This document shows, piece by piece, positions 1 to 9,274 of a stretch of 64,000 nt of DNA. The stretch spans positions 1,905 through 65,904 of the forward strand of contig JAJYZF010000015.1 in the NCBI GenBank assembly GCA_021800165.1, written 5' to 3'. The notes below the pieces were generated by a model. The model did no database searches. It was not told the DNA's origin and saw only the letters and a list, made by a program, of their open reading frames with translations. A program made the position numbers and the translations under genes. The stretch comes from Planctomycetota bacterium. GTDB taxonomy: Bacteria > Planctomycetota > Phycisphaerae > WQYP01. The first letter of the stretch is position 1. Each line of letters begins with the position of its first letter.

Positions 1-1
1 T

Positions 2-1420
2 TCCACAGTCCTGCAGTTTGATTACAATGGCTATCGGATCAACCTTCTGGACACGCCCGGGCATAAGGATTTTTCGGAAGATACGTATCGAGTTCTCACT
101 GCTGTCGATGCCGTGGTCATGGTCATTGATGCCGGCAAAGGCATTGAAGCGCAGACGCGAAAGCTTTTTGAAATCTGTCGGCGGCGTGGCGTGCCAATTT
201 TCACCTTCATGAACAAGCTGGATCGGCCGGCTCGAGATCCGCTGGCGTTATTGGATGAGCTGGAAAATGTTCTCGGGCTGCGGGCCTGTGTGGTGAACTG
301 GCCGCTGGGCGACGGTCGGGAATTTCGTGGGGTGTTTGATCGGATTCAACAGCAAGTGCATTTCTTTGACCGGGTGGATCACGGTGCTTATCGGGCACCC
401 GTGCGGGTGGTGGAGGTGGGAGATGCCGCGGTACGTCGGGAGTTGAGTCCAGCCACCCACGCACGCGTGGTGGAGGAGCTTGGCTTGTTGGACGCCGCCA
501 GCACCGCCGTTGATGTTGCAGCCATACAGGCCGGCCAACTTAGCCCGGTGTTTTTTGGCAGCGCCGCGAATAATTTCGGCGTGCAGCTTCTGCTGGATTC
601 GTTTTTGAACTGGGCGGTAGCTCCGGTGCCGCGGGTATCCCAAGGGGTGGTGGTGCCGCTGGATTCGCCCGCTTTTTCCGGGTTTGTCTTTAAGATTCAG
701 GCCAATATGGATCCAAGGCATCGGGATCGGATTGCGTTTGTCCGCGTCTGTTCGGGCAAGTTCACCCGCGACATGCGTGTTTGGCATGTGCAAACCGGCA
801 AAGAAGTGCGCCTGTCCAGTTCCCATAAACTTTTTGGGCGCGAACGCGAAACGGTTGATGAGGCATGGCCCGGGGATGTTATTGGTCTGGTCGGGCACGG
901 TGAGTTCGGCATTGGTGATACGCTTAGCACCGACCCAAATATTCTCTATCGGGAGATACCTCATTTCACTCCGGAATATTTTGCGTATCTGCGCAGTCCC
1001 AATCCCAGCCAGTTCAAGCAGTTTCGTGAAGGCTTGAGCCAACTTTTACAGGAAGGCGTGATTCAAACCTTGACCCTGCCGGATTCTGACACCCGCGGCC
1101 GTCTGCTGGCGGCGGTGGGGCCGTTGCAGTTTGAGGTGGTGCAGTATCGGTTAAAGAGCGAATATGGAGCGGACTCTCATCTGGAAACGGCTCGATTTGC
1201 GGCCTTACGCTGGGTTTCAGCGGCGGTGCCGCAGGAGTTGCTGGACCGTGCGGTGGAATTTGGCAGCGTGCGACCGGCCGTGGACGGACGAAATCAACGG
1301 GCCTTGTTGTTTCCAGATGAATGGAGCCTGGCCCATTTTGTCCGCGAAAACCCACGGGTGATTATTTCCGAGATGCCGTTTGAGGCTATTGGGGTGGCGA
1401 ATTCCGCTGCCAGTCAGTAG
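2..1420 (+). CDS. prfC: Peptide chain release factor 3 (translational GTPase), 5' end cut by window edge
   Basis: Frame 2 is open from nt 2. The translation STVLQFDYNGYRINLLDTPGHKDFSEDTYRVLTAVDAVVMVIDAGKGIEAQTRKLFEICRRRGVPIFTFMNKLDR carries the DTPGH and NKLD G-boxes in the order typical of RF3. The track ORF 113..1420 is the same frame. Confidence 0.95.
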   Translation, partial: STVLQFDYNGYRINLLDTPGHKDFSEDTYRVLTAVDAVVMVIDAGKGIEAQTRKLFEICRRRGVPIFTFMNKLDRPARDPLALLDELENVLGLRACVVNWPLGDGREFRGVFDRIQQQVHFFDRVDHGAYRAPVRVVEVGDAAVRRELSPATHARVVEELGLLDAASTAVDVAAIQAGQLSPVFFGSAANNFGVQLLLDSFLNWAVAPVPRVSQGVVVPLDSPAFSGFVFKIQANMDPRHRDRIAFVRVCSGKFTRDMRVWHVQTGKEVRLSSSHKLFGRERETVDEAWPGDVIGLVGHGEFGIGDTLSTDPNILYREIPHFTPEYFAYLRSPNPSQFKQFREGLSQLLQEGVIQTLTLPDSDTRGRLLAAVGPLQFEVVQYRLKSEYGADSHLETARFAALRWVSAAVPQELLDRAVEFGSVRPAVDGRNQRALLFPDEWSLAHFVRENPRVIISEMPFEAIGVANSAASQ

Positions 1421-1516
1421 CATAACCAAGTGAAGCTTTACCTGCGGGGCGGAGCACTCGGCAAAGAGCTTCGCGATGCGGCAGGGGACGACACAACCGT
1501 TCAAGGAGAAAACCAC

Positions 1517-2524
1517 ATGGTCAACCTGGCGTTGGTTACCGCGGGACATATTCATACTCCGGGCTTTGTTAAAAGCGTGCGGGCCAGAGCGGATATGCGC
1601 GTACTGGGCGTGTACGATCCCAATCCAGCCATAGCGCACAAGTTTGCGGAAGAATTGCATACCGATGTGCGGACCGCCGATGAACTTATCCGCGATGCCG
1701 CAGTCCATGCGGTCATCATCAGCGGGCGAACCGATCAACACGCTGGTTTGGTCGAACAGGCAGCGGCCGAGGGCAAACATCTGTTTGTGGAAAAGCCTTT
1801 GGCTACCACCCTCGCCGACGCCAACCGCCTTTACACCGCCATTACCGATGCCGGCGTGTTGTTTCAGACTGGTTATGCCATGCGCGGCAATCCAATATAT
1901 CGGTTTATCAAACAGGAAATTCTCGCCGGCAATTTTGGAACCATCACGCGGGCCCGCTGCAGCGTGTGCCATTCCGCAGCTCTCGGAGGCTGGTTTGACC
2001 AGGACTATCGCTGGTTTTATCAGGCTGACCGCTCGGGGGGCGGGGCCTTTTTGGATCTAGGCTGTCACGCCGTCGATTTGCTGATTTTTCTCTTCGGCCC
2101 GGCAGTGGCTGGAACCGCGGCACTCAACGGCGGCATCAAATATACCAACATTGACGAATATGGTGAAGGTCTGTTGACCTTCCGCAACGGTATCATCGCC
2201 AGCGTTGCGGCGGGCTGGGTTGATCAGTCCAATCCAGTAGGGGTACTGATTTCCGGCACCGAAGGACATGCCTACGAACGCAGCGGGGAACTGTTCTATT
2301 TAAGCCGCAGATCGGTCGTTGCCGGAAGCGATGGCAAGGCTCCCATAGATAAAGCTCTGCTTCCGCCAGAGATGGCGCATCCGTTTGAGATATTTCTGGA
2401 TGTACTTAGCGGCAAGATCGATAAGACCCACCTGATTCCGGTTGCCGAGACGCTGCAGGTCATGAAAGCGATGGATGCCATGTACCTGGGCCATAAATTC
2501 GGCAGTTGGGTAAACGTGATGTGA
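1517..2524 (+). CDS. Gfo/Idh/MocA family oxidoreductase
   Basis: AAGGAG lies 8 nt upstream of ATG 1517, inside track ORF 1430..2524. It has an N-terminal Rossmann segment (LALVTAGHIHTPGF) and the EKP motif (LFVEKPLATT). Confidence 0.85.
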   Translation: MVNLALVTAGHIHTPGFVKSVRARADMRVLGVYDPNPAIAHKFAEELHTDVRTADELIRDAAVHAVIISGRTDQHAGLVEQAAAEGKHLFVEKPLATTLADANRLYTAITDAGVLFQTGYAMRGNPIYRFIKQEILAGNFGTITRARCSVCHSAALGGWFDQDYRWFYQADRSGGGAFLDLGCHAVDLLIFLFGPAVAGTAALNGGIKYTNIDEYGEGLLTFRNGIIASVAAGWVDQSNPVGVLISGTEGHAYERSGELFYLSRRSVVAGSDGKAPIDKALLPPEMAHPFEIFLDVLSGKIDKTHLIPVAETLQVMKAMDAMYLGHKFGSWVNVM

Positions 2525-2645
2525 CGGTCTTTCAGTCCATCGGCATCGGCTCTGGGTTAAAATCGGTACCGGTGGAGATGGGAACACAAAATCGCAAGAA
2601 CCATGGCCTGCGGCCGCTCACAAGGAGCGGGGTGTTGTCCGGCGG

Positions 2646-4211
2646 TCACCTCCAACTGTAACGAACGGTATACGTAATGATTTTTTTTCCGTTATCAGCC
2701 GGTACATCCACCGGAAATTCTATTTCCCGCGCATTGATCTTTCGAAATTTATCGCTGTTTTTTACAATTTTCCAGTTGCTCCACCGCCACAGATATTGTT
2801 GTACCAGAATGTGTGCTATTTTTTTCCCATGGTTATGCAGGGTGATCTGGAACGTTTCATGAAGCGTTTTTCCGGCATTATTTAAATCAAAATTTGTTTC
2901 CACCCGCTTGCCGATGATATCAAACGCTTGGCCGACCTTGACGAACACCGGTTCGTTGGCGGGGGTATTATGGATTAAATCTTCCCCTAGAAATGCCAGC
3001 ATGCCGTCGCTGGGGTCCGCCTGATACACCCTTATTTTGCCTTTGGGAAAGGGGATGCCCAGGAAATTTCTCTTGCTGTTATCGAAGCGAATATAGACCC
3101 CTACCTCACCGGTGGATTCGACGCCGTTGTTACGGGCCAGATTCGGGCCGCCGTAATAGCCCCACCAAGGGTTGTTTTGGCCATTATAGATGAATTCTTT
3201 TTGCACGGTTATGTGCGGTCTGGTGGGAAAAAGGGCAATTTGCTGGGTGGAATTTTGATGAATGGTGGTTCGTCGCGGCAGAGTATACATGTGGTATTCA
3301 AAGAAGGCTTTCTGCTGGAAAGCGGCAGTGGCGGTCGCCATCTGCATATTAGCTCTCATTAACATCCCAAATTGCTGTGGTTGTGGCTGTACCCGATTAA
3401 CATTCCCGGCAATCAATTTCAGACGGGCGTGGCGATAGCTTTTGCCGGAGAGGTTCAGCAAGGTAACCCATGCCGACAGACTCGCTCCTGTATTGGCGGA
3501 ATTCAGCACCAGATTGTAATCTGCAATCCACGTGAGGCCCTTGGTCTGATAGGAAGTAAGAATCTTTTGCTTCCCGCCGATCGGGGCGTCCACCAGCCAT
3601 TCCAGGGTGGGTTTGGTCATCAACCCGTGCGGCAACTTGCCCAGATGTACCTGCTGGAGGTTGGCGGCATTGACAATGCGTAAGCCATGACCGGTTTGTA
3701 CCACGATCGAATTGCCCGCATGCAGCAATACGCCGGTAATCCTTTTTACGCCGCGCAGTCCCACGGGCGAATACAACGTGATGGGATGTTCCAAATATTT
3801 ACTTAAGATCTTTTGCGAGTTAACCAGATCAAACTTGAAGCGTTGATCCCATACACTGGTTCGGGGGACGGTGAGGTCCTTAAAGCTTACGGAGGTCGGG
3901 TCAATGAGAGCTGCCACGTTAGTAAAGTCCAGATGATTGAGTCCCGCTTTTAAGTTTACTTCCCTGACTTCCTGGACCACGCCGAATCCGGGAATTTCGG
4001 ATGGACTTACGTTGTTGTTCCCAATTTGCTGATTAAAAACCCATTGTTGGGGATTAAAGGCCGCCGGATCCGCGGAAGAATAAATGGTGATGCTGGTTCC
4101 GGCCGGTGGCTGGGAGGACGGTTGAGGGACTTTGGCCGGAGGCGCAGCGGTGGTTAGACCGGCGGTGGCCAGCAAAGCAGCGGCAAGGAGGGTAGAACGA
4201 ATGCATTTCAT
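2646..4211 (-). CDS. Secreted DUF4139-like protein (function unknown)
   Basis: It has a signal peptide (MKCIRSTLLAAALLATAGLTTAAP). Its length and C-terminal pattern (..ITLHNHGKK..ITYTVRYSW) recall DUF4140/DUF4139 proteins. The assignment is from memory only. Confidence 0.5.
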   Translation of the reverse strand: MKCIRSTLLAAALLATAGLTTAAPPAKVPQPSSQPPAGTSITIYSSADPAAFNPQQWVFNQQIGNNNVSPSEIPGFGVVQEVREVNLKAGLNHLDFTNVAALIDPTSVSFKDLTVPRTSVWDQRFKFDLVNSQKILSKYLEHPITLYSPVGLRGVKRITGVLLHAGNSIVVQTGHGLRIVNAANLQQVHLGKLPHGLMTKPTLEWLVDAPIGGKQKILTSYQTKGLTWIADYNLVLNSANTGASLSAWVTLLNLSGKSYRHARLKLIAGNVNRVQPQPQQFGMLMRANMQMATATAAFQQKAFFEYHMYTLPRRTTIHQNSTQQIALFPTRPHITVQKEFIYNGQNNPWWGYYGGPNLARNNGVESTGEVGVYIRFDNSKRNFLGIPFPKGKIRVYQADPSDGMLAFLGEDLIHNTPANEPVFVKVGQAFDIIGKRVETNFDLNNAGKTLHETFQITLHNHGKKIAHILVQQYLWRWSNWKIVKNSDKFRKINAREIEFPVDVPADNGKKIITYTVRYSWR

Positions 4212-4342
4212 ATAAAATCTCCTGCTATGTAGACATCAACGATCAACGGGTAATGACGACTTGCCGCTCCAGCGCTAGCGGCCTATCACCTACCTCTACG
4301 ATGCTTTGGACGCCTTAAGTCGTCGCCGAGTTCCCAAATATC

Positions 4343-5734
4343 TCATCCGTCTTGCAGTTTTTTACCAAGAAGGTCATAAAGCGCTGCGGCGGTACGAATA
4401 CCGGCATAATAACCGTCCAAATTCAGTTTTTCGTTGGGTCCGTGGATATGATCGTCGGGCAAGCCAAAGCCCAGCATTACCGCATCCAAGTTAAACATCT
4501 GCTTAAACCAGCCGACGACGGGAATAGAGCCGCCGTCGCGCACATATACCGGATCCTGCCCAAACCCGATTTTCAGTGCTTCCACCGCGGCCTGCATGGC
4601 CGGGGAGTCCGTGGGGGTTAGCGCCGCCGGCGATGCACCTAAGGGCGTGAGGGTGACGGTAACGCCAGGCGGGGTGATCTGTTTTATAAAGGCCTCAAAT
4701 GTGGCGGCGATCTTTAGCGGGTCCTGATTGGGTACCAGTCGCATGGACAGTTTGACGCCGGCCTTCGCCGGTAAAACCGTCTTGGCTCCCGGCCCCTGAT
4801 AACCGCTCCACAGGCCGTTGATGTCTAAAGTCGGGCGAATCCATCGGCGTTCCAACGTCGTGTAGCCGGTTTCCCCAAAGGCTGTGGCGATACCGGCTTC
4901 GCGGGCGAATTGGGCGTCCGTAAAGGGCAGGTTCCTCCATTGTCGCCGCAGCTCTTCATCCGCAGGAACGACATCGTCATAAAATTCGGGCAACGTGACG
5001 CGGCCTTGGCCATCGTGCAGGCGAGCCAGCATCTCGACCAATGCGTTGGCGGGGTTGGCCACCGCGCCGCCGAAAAGCCCACTGTGCAGGTCCGCCTCCG
5101 GACCTTGTACATCGAGTTGGTAATACATCAATCCACGCAGGCCACAGGTGATCGCCGGAACACCGGGGGCAAACTGGGCGCAATCGCTGATAATCAACGC
5201 CTGGGCTGATTTTAATTGATCCTTACATTGTTCCATCACCGTCCGCAAGTGAAGCGATCCGATTTCCTCCTCGCCTTCCAGCAACACGGTCAAGCGCACG
5301 GGCAATTCCGAGGCAATTTCCCGCCATGCCAGCAGGGCTGCCAGATGGGCGTGTACCTGCCCTTTGTCATCACTGGCTCCGCGGGCAATCAGCGCCCCAT
5401 TTTTCTTGGTGGGCTTGAATGGCGGCGTCTGCCAGCCATCCTCGATTTGTGCCGGTTGCACGTCGTAATGACCATAAAATAAGATGTGTGGTGCATGGAG
5501 TGGGCATAGACCCACTGGGGTGGTGGCCAAGACGCAGGGGTGGCCGGGAGTGGATATCATTTCGGCCGTCAGGCCGATTCCCCGCAAGTTGAGCATGGCC
5601 CATTCCGCAGCGGCAGCCACATCGGCATCATGCGATTGCTGTGCGGAAATGCTGGGAATGGCCAGCCATTGCTGGAGGTCTTCCAGCCACCGCCCACGAT
5701 TTTTATCCGCCCAGATTAATACGCTGTCCAGCAT
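4343..5734 (-). CDS. M20 family metallo-dipeptidase
   Basis: Motifs: ILFYGHYDVQP and ARGASDDKGQ (the M20 metal-ligand/catalytic blocks), plus GGSIP near the C-terminus. Confidence 0.85.
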   Translation of the reverse strand: MLDSVLIWADKNRGRWLEDLQQWLAIPSISAQQSHDADVAAAAEWAMLNLRGIGLTAEMISTPGHPCVLATTPVGLCPLHAPHILFYGHYDVQPAQIEDGWQTPPFKPTKKNGALIARGASDDKGQVHAHLAALLAWREIASELPVRLTVLLEGEEEIGSLHLRTVMEQCKDQLKSAQALIISDCAQFAPGVPAITCGLRGLMYYQLDVQGPEADLHSGLFGGAVANPANALVEMLARLHDGQGRVTLPEFYDDVVPADEELRRQWRNLPFTDAQFAREAGIATAFGETGYTTLERRWIRPTLDINGLWSGYQGPGAKTVLPAKAGVKLSMRLVPNQDPLKIAATFEAFIKQITPPGVTVTLTPLGASPAALTPTDSPAMQAAVEALKIGFGQDPVYVRDGGSIPVVGWFKQMFNLDAVMLGFGLPDDHIHGPNEKLNLDGYYAGIRTAAALYDLLGKKLQDG

Positions 5735-5769
5735 GAAAAGCTCCTTTTACCGACAAGGGCTTGGCCCGA

Positions 5770-7401
5770 TTAGTCTTCATCGGGCACTTTTTCCTGTTGG
5801 CCACTGGCGGCGGCCCGATCCATAGTGTGCAACACATGAACAACGCGGGCCGCTTTGCGTGCGGTAATGGCCAGTTCATCGCCTAATCGCAGATGATCCG
5901 CCACATTCTGGTAATATCGAAAACCTTCGCTGGCCGCATATTTTATCCGTACGGGCGATTCGGTCTTAACCGTGGAATCATAGGTGTGCAGTTCAAAGCT
6001 GCCATTCCAATGGTCCAACACCGCCCCGCGCGTCCCCAAAATTCGCCAGCGGGGTTTATTCACCCGGCCGATGGCCGACATCTCAAAATCCAACGTGCCG
6101 CCATTTTTAAACCGCACATACGCTTCCATATGGTCTTCGTTGGTCACATTGGTCCAAACCCGCTTTTGGGTGGTGGCCACTAGCCAGTCGATTGGTCCAT
6201 CCATGAGTTCCAAGGCCCAGAACATAATATGCGCACCCCAGTCGAAGTGCATGCCACCGGAAATTTCCTTGCTGGAACGCCACCAGCTTCCAGGTGGTGC
6301 GAAGGAGTCGCTGCCAGTTTCAATTCTGAACACATCGCCGATGGCCCGGCGCTGCCGCACCATCTCCTCCAACGCCAGAAAATCGCCATCCCATCGGCGG
6401 TTATGGTAAACACTTAACATTTTTCCCACTTGTTTGGCGGCAGCAATCATGGCTTGCACTTGCGTGGAATTTATCGCCATTGGCTTTTCCACAATGCAGT
6501 GCCGTCCGCTCCGAAGTACGTCTATGGACACCTGGGCATGAAGGTTGTGCGGCAGGATAACGGTGAAAAGTTCCGCATCCGTCTTCTGGAGCATCTGGCG
6601 GTAATCCGTAAATGTGTGGATACCGGGAAAGTCCTTGGCCGCAACATCCGCCCGGGCTGGATCTACGTCGCAGGCGGCCGCGGCAATAAAGCCAGCGTCC
6701 TGCATTTCTTTTAAGTGTTGAAGCCCCATGTTAAACGTGCCACCGTAGCCGATGACGCCGACCTTTAACGGCGGCTTTTCCATCATGCCCACCGCCCATC
6801 GCAAACCCCGACTAAATAGCTGCCGCCATCCAGGGTGCGAGAAATCGTCCACCGAATGCCCGGGCGAGAGATAAAACACGCGGCCGGCAGCATAATCCTT
6901 CACGTAAGCCACTGGCTGCATCTTTCCCAGCCAGTTGGCCTGTGCCAAGATGCGGGGCGGCGAACCCACCGTCTCGAGTTGATAGAGTTCGCTGGTGATC
7001 CGAAAAGGCTTAAAATGACGCATGATCTGGTGCGTGGTATCGCGGGCTTCCACCAGAAATTCCACCGGTGCTCCGTGTCCGATAAATCTGGTTCCGAGCA
7101 AGTCAGTATAGTTGCGGTTGTTTTTCCAACTGGCCGCTGCTCCATGGAGGCCCACCAATGCACCTCCGGATTTAACAAACGCGATGAGATTACTTTCTTC
7201 CGCAGGCGCTAACTCTCCACCTTGGGTGCAGATTACCACGGCCATAAAATCTTCCGGTGAGAGCCTGGCAAGAACGTGGCAATCTTGCGATGCTTCCACG
7301 ATAAATCCATCGTGGGAGATCATTTTTTCCAAGCTTGCGGCTATGGCTGGAAAATCGTGGTATGCCCCACCGGTTAAGAGCAAAATTTTTCTCTGGGTCA
7401 T
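5770..7401 (-). CDS. Fusion protein: ThuA-like domain plus Gfo/Idh/MocA dehydrogenase (ThuB-like)
   Basis: The N-terminal half reads ILLLTGGAYHDF...GLHGAAASW...YLSPGH (ThuA type). The C-terminal half reads LKVGVIGYGGTFNMG...IVEKPMA (Rossmann plus EKP). The two halves form one uninterrupted 543-aa ORF. Confidence 0.8.
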   Translation of the reverse strand: MTQRKILLLTGGAYHDFPAIAASLEKMISHDGFIVEASQDCHVLARLSPEDFMAVVICTQGGELAPAEESNLIAFVKSGGALVGLHGAAASWKNNRNYTDLLGTRFIGHGAPVEFLVEARDTTHQIMRHFKPFRITSELYQLETVGSPPRILAQANWLGKMQPVAYVKDYAAGRVFYLSPGHSVDDFSHPGWRQLFSRGLRWAVGMMEKPPLKVGVIGYGGTFNMGLQHLKEMQDAGFIAAAACDVDPARADVAAKDFPGIHTFTDYRQMLQKTDAELFTVILPHNLHAQVSIDVLRSGRHCIVEKPMAINSTQVQAMIAAAKQVGKMLSVYHNRRWDGDFLALEEMVRQRRAIGDVFRIETGSDSFAPPGSWWRSSKEISGGMHFDWGAHIMFWALELMDGPIDWLVATTQKRVWTNVTNEDHMEAYVRFKNGGTLDFEMSAIGRVNKPRWRILGTRGAVLDHWNGSFELHTYDSTVKTESPVRIKYAASEGFRYYQNVADHLRLGDELAITARKAARVVHVLHTMDRAAASGQQEKVPDED

Positions 7402-7678
7402 AGATCAATTGCTTCCTGAAAATACATGGCCATTGAAAGCACTCATGGACAGAAAATCGTAGTTCCTGTCAGGCGTTAAGGCAAATGGCCTAGCAAAGGA
7501 CAAGCCCAGAGGGGGTGGAGGTTTTTTCTTGGGCGCAGGTCAACCAGGAGACGATCACTGCGGCCCCCATGGTCATGTATTACCCTAACCGATTTAACCT
7601 TCCGGCTGGGAAATTAACGGACAATCGGTTTTTAGCTTGCGATCTAACACATTCTAAATACATAACTTATGAATTCTT

Positions 7679-7701
7679 GTTAAGATTAACACAATCTTAA
7701 C
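7679..7701. promoter_or_regulatory. Perfect 9-bp inverted repeat GTTAAGATT-AACAC-AATCTTAAC; candidate operator
   Basis: Read directly in the 430-bp divergent intergenic region, about 130 nt upstream of ATG 7831 of the phosphate-type MFS gene. It is AT-rich and is not followed by a T-run. Confidence 0.35.
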
Positions 7702-7830
7702 AATTCCTTAATCAAAACACATTGCCGCAGACGGATACTTAAATTGTCGAGATTGGAGTCTCGCACCGGCTTGGTTATGGCTGGTCTGAGCCAAGTTGGG
7801 AATTTTAGGGATTTCGTCAGGAGAAACGCG

Positions 7831-9255
7831 ATGTCGCAGGTAACAGCAGATCCTATTGCCAAGGGTATTTCCGAAGCGCTCAACGAAGTCAAATTCAGCC
7901 GATTCCATTTTCGCGCTATTGTCACCGCCGGGATGGGATTTTTTACCTCGGCTTATGATTTGTGCGTGATCGGCACGGCTGCGGCTCTCATCGGGCCGAT
8001 CTGGCATTTACAAGCCGCCGATACCAGCCTATTGGTGGCTGCATCCTTGGCGGCTACGTTTGTCGGAGCTTTTGTGTTTGGCCGTCTGGCCGATGTGATC
8101 GGTCGGAAAAGCATCTATGGAATCGAGGCCATCCTGATGTCGGTCGGAGCCGTCGGCAGTGCTTTTTGTCCGAGTCTGATTTGGCTGGTGGTGTGCCGCG
8201 TGATAATGGGTTTCGGGATTGGGGGCGATTATCCGCTCTCAGCGGTTATTATGAGCGAATACGCCAACCGTAAGGATCGCGGAAAAATGGTGGGCATGGT
8301 GTTTTCCTGTCAGGCATTAGGGTTTCTGGCCGGCCCGCTGTTAGCGGTGATTTTATTGGCGGCTGGTGTGGGTCATGATCTGGCCTGGCGAATTTTGTTG
8401 GGGGTGGGAGCAGTTCCATCGCTGGCGGTGATTTTCCTGCGGCGTACCATGCCGGAATCACCGCGGTGGCAGGCCCGGGTTTCCGGTAATAAATACGGCG
8501 CAGCAGCGGACATGGCCAAGTACACCAAAGGATTGGCCAGCGTGACGCACGTCAACGGTCGCGATCCGCGTATCAGCGCTCCGCTAAGCAAATACCTGGT
8601 AACACTTATCGGCACCGCCGGTGCGTGGTTTGCACTGGATTATGCCTTTTACGGCAATTCCGTGTGTATGCCCCTGATTATGAAGGGCATTGATCCTACC
8701 GCGGATCTTCTGGCTAATCTGGCTTGGGGTGCGGTCATATTCGGTGCCTTCGCGGTTCCGGGATATATCTGTGCCTTTATGTTTGCCGACAAAATTGGTC
8801 GCAAGCGTCTGCAAATTTTGGGTTTTACCATGATGGCCTTGTGCTTTGGTATCATCGGGCTGTTTCCGCAGGTGGCGTCGAGTTTCGGGTTGTTTGTGGT
8901 GTTGTTTGGATTGAGTTTCTTTTTTACGCAGTTTGGACCCAACGTGACGACCTTTATTCTCGCCGCGGAGCTATTTCCTGTGAATCAACGCACCACCGGA
9001 CATGGTATATCCGCGGGTATCGGCAAGGTGGGGGCTTGCTTGGGGGTATTTGCCTTTCCGTGGCTTAGTGCCCGGATGAATGTCTATCATGCGTTACTGT
9101 TTTCCGCGGGCTTTGCGGTTTTGGGCACGCTGCTGACACTGCTGATTAAGGAACCGGCGGGCAGATCGCTGGAAGACATCAGCGGTGAGGACTCAGGCAA
9201 ATCTGAGGCCCTGGAAAGACCTCTCAAATCGCGAATGGCTTCCCTGGCGGCCTGA
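7831..9255 (+). CDS. MFS phosphate:H+ symporter family (PHS; Pho84/PHT1-like)
   Basis: AGGAGA precedes ATG 7831. GIGGDYPLSAVIMSEYANRKDRG matches the PHT1/Pho84 signature GGDYPLSATIxSE. GRLADVIGRK is the MFS loop 2-3 motif. About 12 hydrophobic segments are visible. Confidence 0.8.
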   Translation: MSQVTADPIAKGISEALNEVKFSRFHFRAIVTAGMGFFTSAYDLCVIGTAAALIGPIWHLQAADTSLLVAASLAATFVGAFVFGRLADVIGRKSIYGIEAILMSVGAVGSAFCPSLIWLVVCRVIMGFGIGGDYPLSAVIMSEYANRKDRGKMVGMVFSCQALGFLAGPLLAVILLAAGVGHDLAWRILLGVGAVPSLAVIFLRRTMPESPRWQARVSGNKYGAAADMAKYTKGLASVTHVNGRDPRISAPLSKYLVTLIGTAGAWFALDYAFYGNSVCMPLIMKGIDPTADLLANLAWGAVIFGAFAVPGYICAFMFADKIGRKRLQILGFTMMALCFGIIGLFPQVASSFGLFVVLFGLSFFFTQFGPNVTTFILAAELFPVNQRTTGHGISAGIGKVGACLGVFAFPWLSARMNVYHALLFSAGFAVLGTLLTLLIKEPAGRSLEDISGEDSGKSEALERPLKSRMASLAA

Positions 9256-9274
9256 CGCGTAGTTTCCGGGAGCG

